From Heterodontus francisci (Eukaryota), in NCBI RefSeq assembly GCF_036365525.1, contig NC_090376.1:94513105-94577104 (forward strand): a stretch of 64,000 nt of DNA, given 5' to 3'. A program made the position numbers and the translations under genes. Within the stretch, counting starts at the first letter, position 1. Every line of letters begins with the position of its first letter. This document shows, in pieces, positions 60,485 through 64,000 of this stretch. The notes beneath the pieces are model-generated. The model was not told the DNA's origin, searched no databases, and worked only from the letters and a program-made list of their open reading frames with translations.

Positions 60485-61424
60485 TGTTACGTCAAGTGAA
60501 GAGGAGTTGGTGGGCTTTCCTCTCTTCCCTCTCCTTGTTTGACTACAACAGGTTTAATTCTTTCTTAAAGTGGTTGTACTGGCCAATTCAATAGGTGTTT
60601 TCTTACTTACTTGCTATGATCAGAACAAGAACAAATCAGACAGGTTTTCTTGAGATAACAAAGAAAGAGGTTAACTTTATTGTACCTAAAATGAACTAAT
60701 AAAATAATAAACAACACACCAACTTTCACTCTCACGCACACACACTAGAGGTTTACACACACATACATAGGTTACAGAGTAGATTGGTTGAGTTAGAGTC
60801 CATTAAAAAAGGTATACACTCTGTGGAGTTTAGTGATTCGGCTGGCTTCTAGATGAATTCAGTGACCCTGAGGCTTTTAGTTTGAAGAGGTAGATGACTG
60901 GTTCAGTGAGTCTCTTGGAGATAGCATTGCGGATGATTTCCTCCAATGAGGTTTCTGACGGTAGCCGGAGTATACAAAGGAAGTCAGTCAACAAGCAGGA
61001 TTTGAAATCTTTCAAGCTGGAATGGAGAGAGAGAGAGGGACCCCCACTTAGGATCTGCTCATGTCAGAGTCCAGTTGCTTTTCCTCTGCTGCAGAGAAAA
61101 CAACAGCTTAAAACCACAGATGGGGAGGTGCTTGTCACATGACAGTCATTCAAACATAGCAGTTAGCAGGATTTTTCTGCTGCTAAAAGAACAGGTGGTT
61201 CCTTTAAACATCCTGGGTCTTGGTTCTTGCTGGGAAATGCAGCCATTTTGTTTCCCTCCTCACAGTCTTTTGCAATGTAGGATGCAGTGTTGCAAACTAG
61301 GTAATCATCTTAAGCTGCTAGCAGTCATCCTTTTTAAAATGTTTTTAATTTTTTTCAACATAAAAGTCAGATCTCCTGTCAGTGGACCAAAGAAAATCAT
61401 TCAACAAAACACACTGATGTAATG
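60485..61424 (-). mobile_element. Solo LTR, family A
   Basis: TGTTAC start, near-4-bp TSD tacc/tact, and homology to 18733-19653. Confidence 0.7.
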
Positions 61425-63809
61425 TACTTTTTCCCCTCATGTAATGTACCTTGACTCAACCTGAACCATCTCTTTAAAGGTGGCTCATTATTCTGTTGCA
61501 GTTTTGCTTGCCAATCTTTGATTCCAATTTACCTGGGACAGACCCCTTCTCAACCCACTGAAATTTGCCCTCCTCCAATTAAGTATTTTTATTCTAGATT
61601 TCTTTTTGTCCTTTTCCATTGTTAACCTATGCCTTATGATACTACGATCACAGTTCCCTAAATGTTCCCCTACTGACACTTGATCCACTTTATTCCCTAG
61701 AATCAGATCCAGCAATGCTTTCTTCCTCATTGGACTGGAACCATACTGATCAAGAAAATTCTCCTGAACACACTTCAGACACTCTTTCCCCTTCTCTGCC
61801 ATTTATACTATTATGAGCTCCGTCTATATTAGGATAATTACAGTCCCCATTATCACTACTATACGGTTTTTGCACCTTTCTGTAATTTCCCTGCAAATTT
61901 GCTCATCTATATCTTTCCCACTAGTTGGTAGCCTTTAGAATACAGCAAGTAATGCAATGATGCCTCTATTGTTTCTTAACTCTAACCAAGTAGATTCTGT
62001 CCTTGCCCCACGAGGACATTCTCTCTCTCCAACACTATTATTCTCCTTAATCAACACTGCCACCCCTCCTCCTTTCTTTACTTCCTTATCTTTCCTGAAC
62101 ACCTTGTATCCAGGAATAGTTAGTACTCCGTTCTGCCCTTTTTTAAGCCAGGTCTCTTATCGCCACAACGTTATATTTCCATACGGCTATCTGTGCCTGA
62201 AGCTCATCAACCTTATTTACGATGTTTCATACATTTACCTACATGGACTATAAACCTAATTTAGACCTTAATGCAGTCCCTCTTAGTCTGATCCCACCTA
62301 ATACCTTTGTATTTCTTACTCCAATGCTATCTGTTCCATGTGGGAATTCCAGGGACTTTGTGCACCTGGTTCCTCCTTTCTAATGCTATATCCTGGTTCC
62401 CATTCCCCCGCCAAGTTAGTTTATATCTTTCCCATTAGCAAACCATCCTGTGAGGGCATTGATCTCAGCTCTGTTGAGGTACAACCTGTCCAGCCTGTAT
62501 AGATCCCAATTCCCCCAGAACTAGTCCCAATGTCCCAGGAATCTAAAGCCCTCCCACCTACACCAACTCTCCAGCCACACTTTCATTTGCTCTATCCTCC
62601 TATTTCTATACTCACTCCAGATTACTACCTTTGAGGTCCTGCTTGCTAGTCCCCTTCATAGCTCCCTAAAATCTGCTTGTAGGACCTCATCTCTCGTTCT
62701 ACCTATGTTGTTGGTACCTCTGACCCAGAGGGCTCTGCAGATGCTCAGTGACATCCTTGACCCTGGAACCAGGAAGGCAACATACCATCCTGGATTAAGT
62801 CTGTGACTGCAGAAATGCCTGTTGGTTCCCCTCACTGTAAAATCCCCTACCACTATTGCTTTCCCAATCTTCCTCCTATACCCTTGTATAGTATGGTGCT
62901 GCCATGGGTTTGGCTCTCACTGCACTCCCCGGAGGAGCCACCATCCTCACCAGTATTCAGAACTGAATACCAGTTGGAGAGCGAGATGCACTCAGGGTAC
63001 TCCTGCACTATCTGCATGATCCCTCTTGATTGCTTGGTGGTCACCCATTTCCTTTCTGCCTGCATACCCTTAAGCTGCTGGTGTGACCACCTCCAGAAAT
63101 ATGCTAGCCACATAGCTCTCAGCCTCGGAGATGCACCACAATGGCACCAGCTTTTGCTCAAGCTCCGAAGCCTGGAATCAAGCTTCTGCAGCTGATGACA
63201 TTTCCTGTACATATGGTTGGCTAGGCAAGAAAAACGTCCTGGAATTCTCACATGGAACAGGATGCGCATTTCATGGGACTGAGATGCTGTACCATACCTC
63301 TATTTATTAGACTATTAACTAAATTAAGAGAATAAAAAATAGAAATAAACTTAAGGCTTAAATAAACACCAGCTACTCACCAATCAGCTTACTCCCTCAT
63401 GCTGATGTCACTTTATTTTATAGCTAGGTTGACTTCAATTTTTTTAACTCTTAACTCTTAAGATCCATATGTCTCAGATTTTAATTTAATGAAAAATTAG
63501 GAACCCTTTAATGTTACTATCACTCGTTATTTAAATTTAACTTTATTCCCCAGATCTGAGTAATTAAACACTGATTGTAATTATATAAATTATACAAAAT
63601 ACAAGTTAAAGTTTATGTATTTTATCAAATTGGTTTACTTTTATTTTTATACTAATTAGTTGATCTAGCTTACTTTATAGGTAGACTAAATTAAATGCTT
63701 ACCTTTAGTCTCACCCCTACCATCACCAACCCTCACTTGCCCCGGTGCCTTCTTGTGCCATGACATCACTGTGCGATTTTTTTTCAGCGAGAAACAGTCT
63801 TCTCCCAGG

Positions 63810-64000
63810 CTTGGTCTTTATACCGCTCCTCTCCTGGCCCTTCTCTTTGTACTGCTCCACTCCCGCCTCACGCTATATACCACTCTGCTCCTGGGTCACG
63901 CTCTTTATGCCACTTTGCTCTTGGGTCACGCTCTTTATGCCACTTTGCTCCTGGCCTCACTCTTTATACCGCTCCACTCCAGGGTCACACTCTTTATACT
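63810..64000. repeat. Tandem repeat of about 30 bp (CGCTCTTTATGCCACTTTGCTCTTGGGTCA), probably in the CR1 5' UTR
   Basis: Near-identical adjacent units at 63899-63958 and more diverged units on both sides, running off the window end. Confidence 0.8.

Larger units (their letters stand above)
58612..64000 (-). mobile_element. Near full-length decayed CR1 LINE (5'UTR, ORF1 zinc finger/leucine zipper + SGNH esterase, ORF2 EN + RT, 3' tail), interrupted by a solo LTR
   Basis: ORF1 remnants RKCHQLQKL..ISLSNWYSVL and VGDFTVRGTNRHFC. Endonuclease QENFLDQY..LLDLILGN, RT NFQKAFDKVPH, C-terminal LEKLGLF, and a tail at about 58612. Confidence 0.85.

Noticed and set aside
63810-64000. Regularly spaced 30-bp repeats resembling a CRISPR array
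   Set aside because: The units are directly adjacent with no unique spacers, the context is vertebrate, and there are no cas genes.

Overview
Vertebrate genomic DNA, almost certainly a cartilaginous fish (shark). The evidence is the HE1-type V-SINEs, HER1/CR1 LINEs and Deu-domain SINEs. The window holds one clear host gene on the + strand: a NEXMIF/KIAA2022-like (DUF4683) gene with a giant coding exon at about 41.2-44.6 kb. Its probable promoter and non-coding first exon lie in a CpG island at about 10.5-11.0 kb that carries ZNF143/THAP11-type motifs. The presumed first intron contains an apparently perfect 10,386-bp head-to-tail duplication (16257-26644 = 26643-37030). The rest is largely nested, decayed mobile DNA: CR1, L2, RTE and Zenon-like LINEs, SINEs, solo LTRs, a two-gene Harbinger transposon with related MITEs, and Penelope-derived inverted-repeat elements that carry minimal hammerhead-ribozyme motifs. 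Family assignments come from recalled motifs rather than database searches, and repeat boundaries are approximate unless a TSD or TIR is given.
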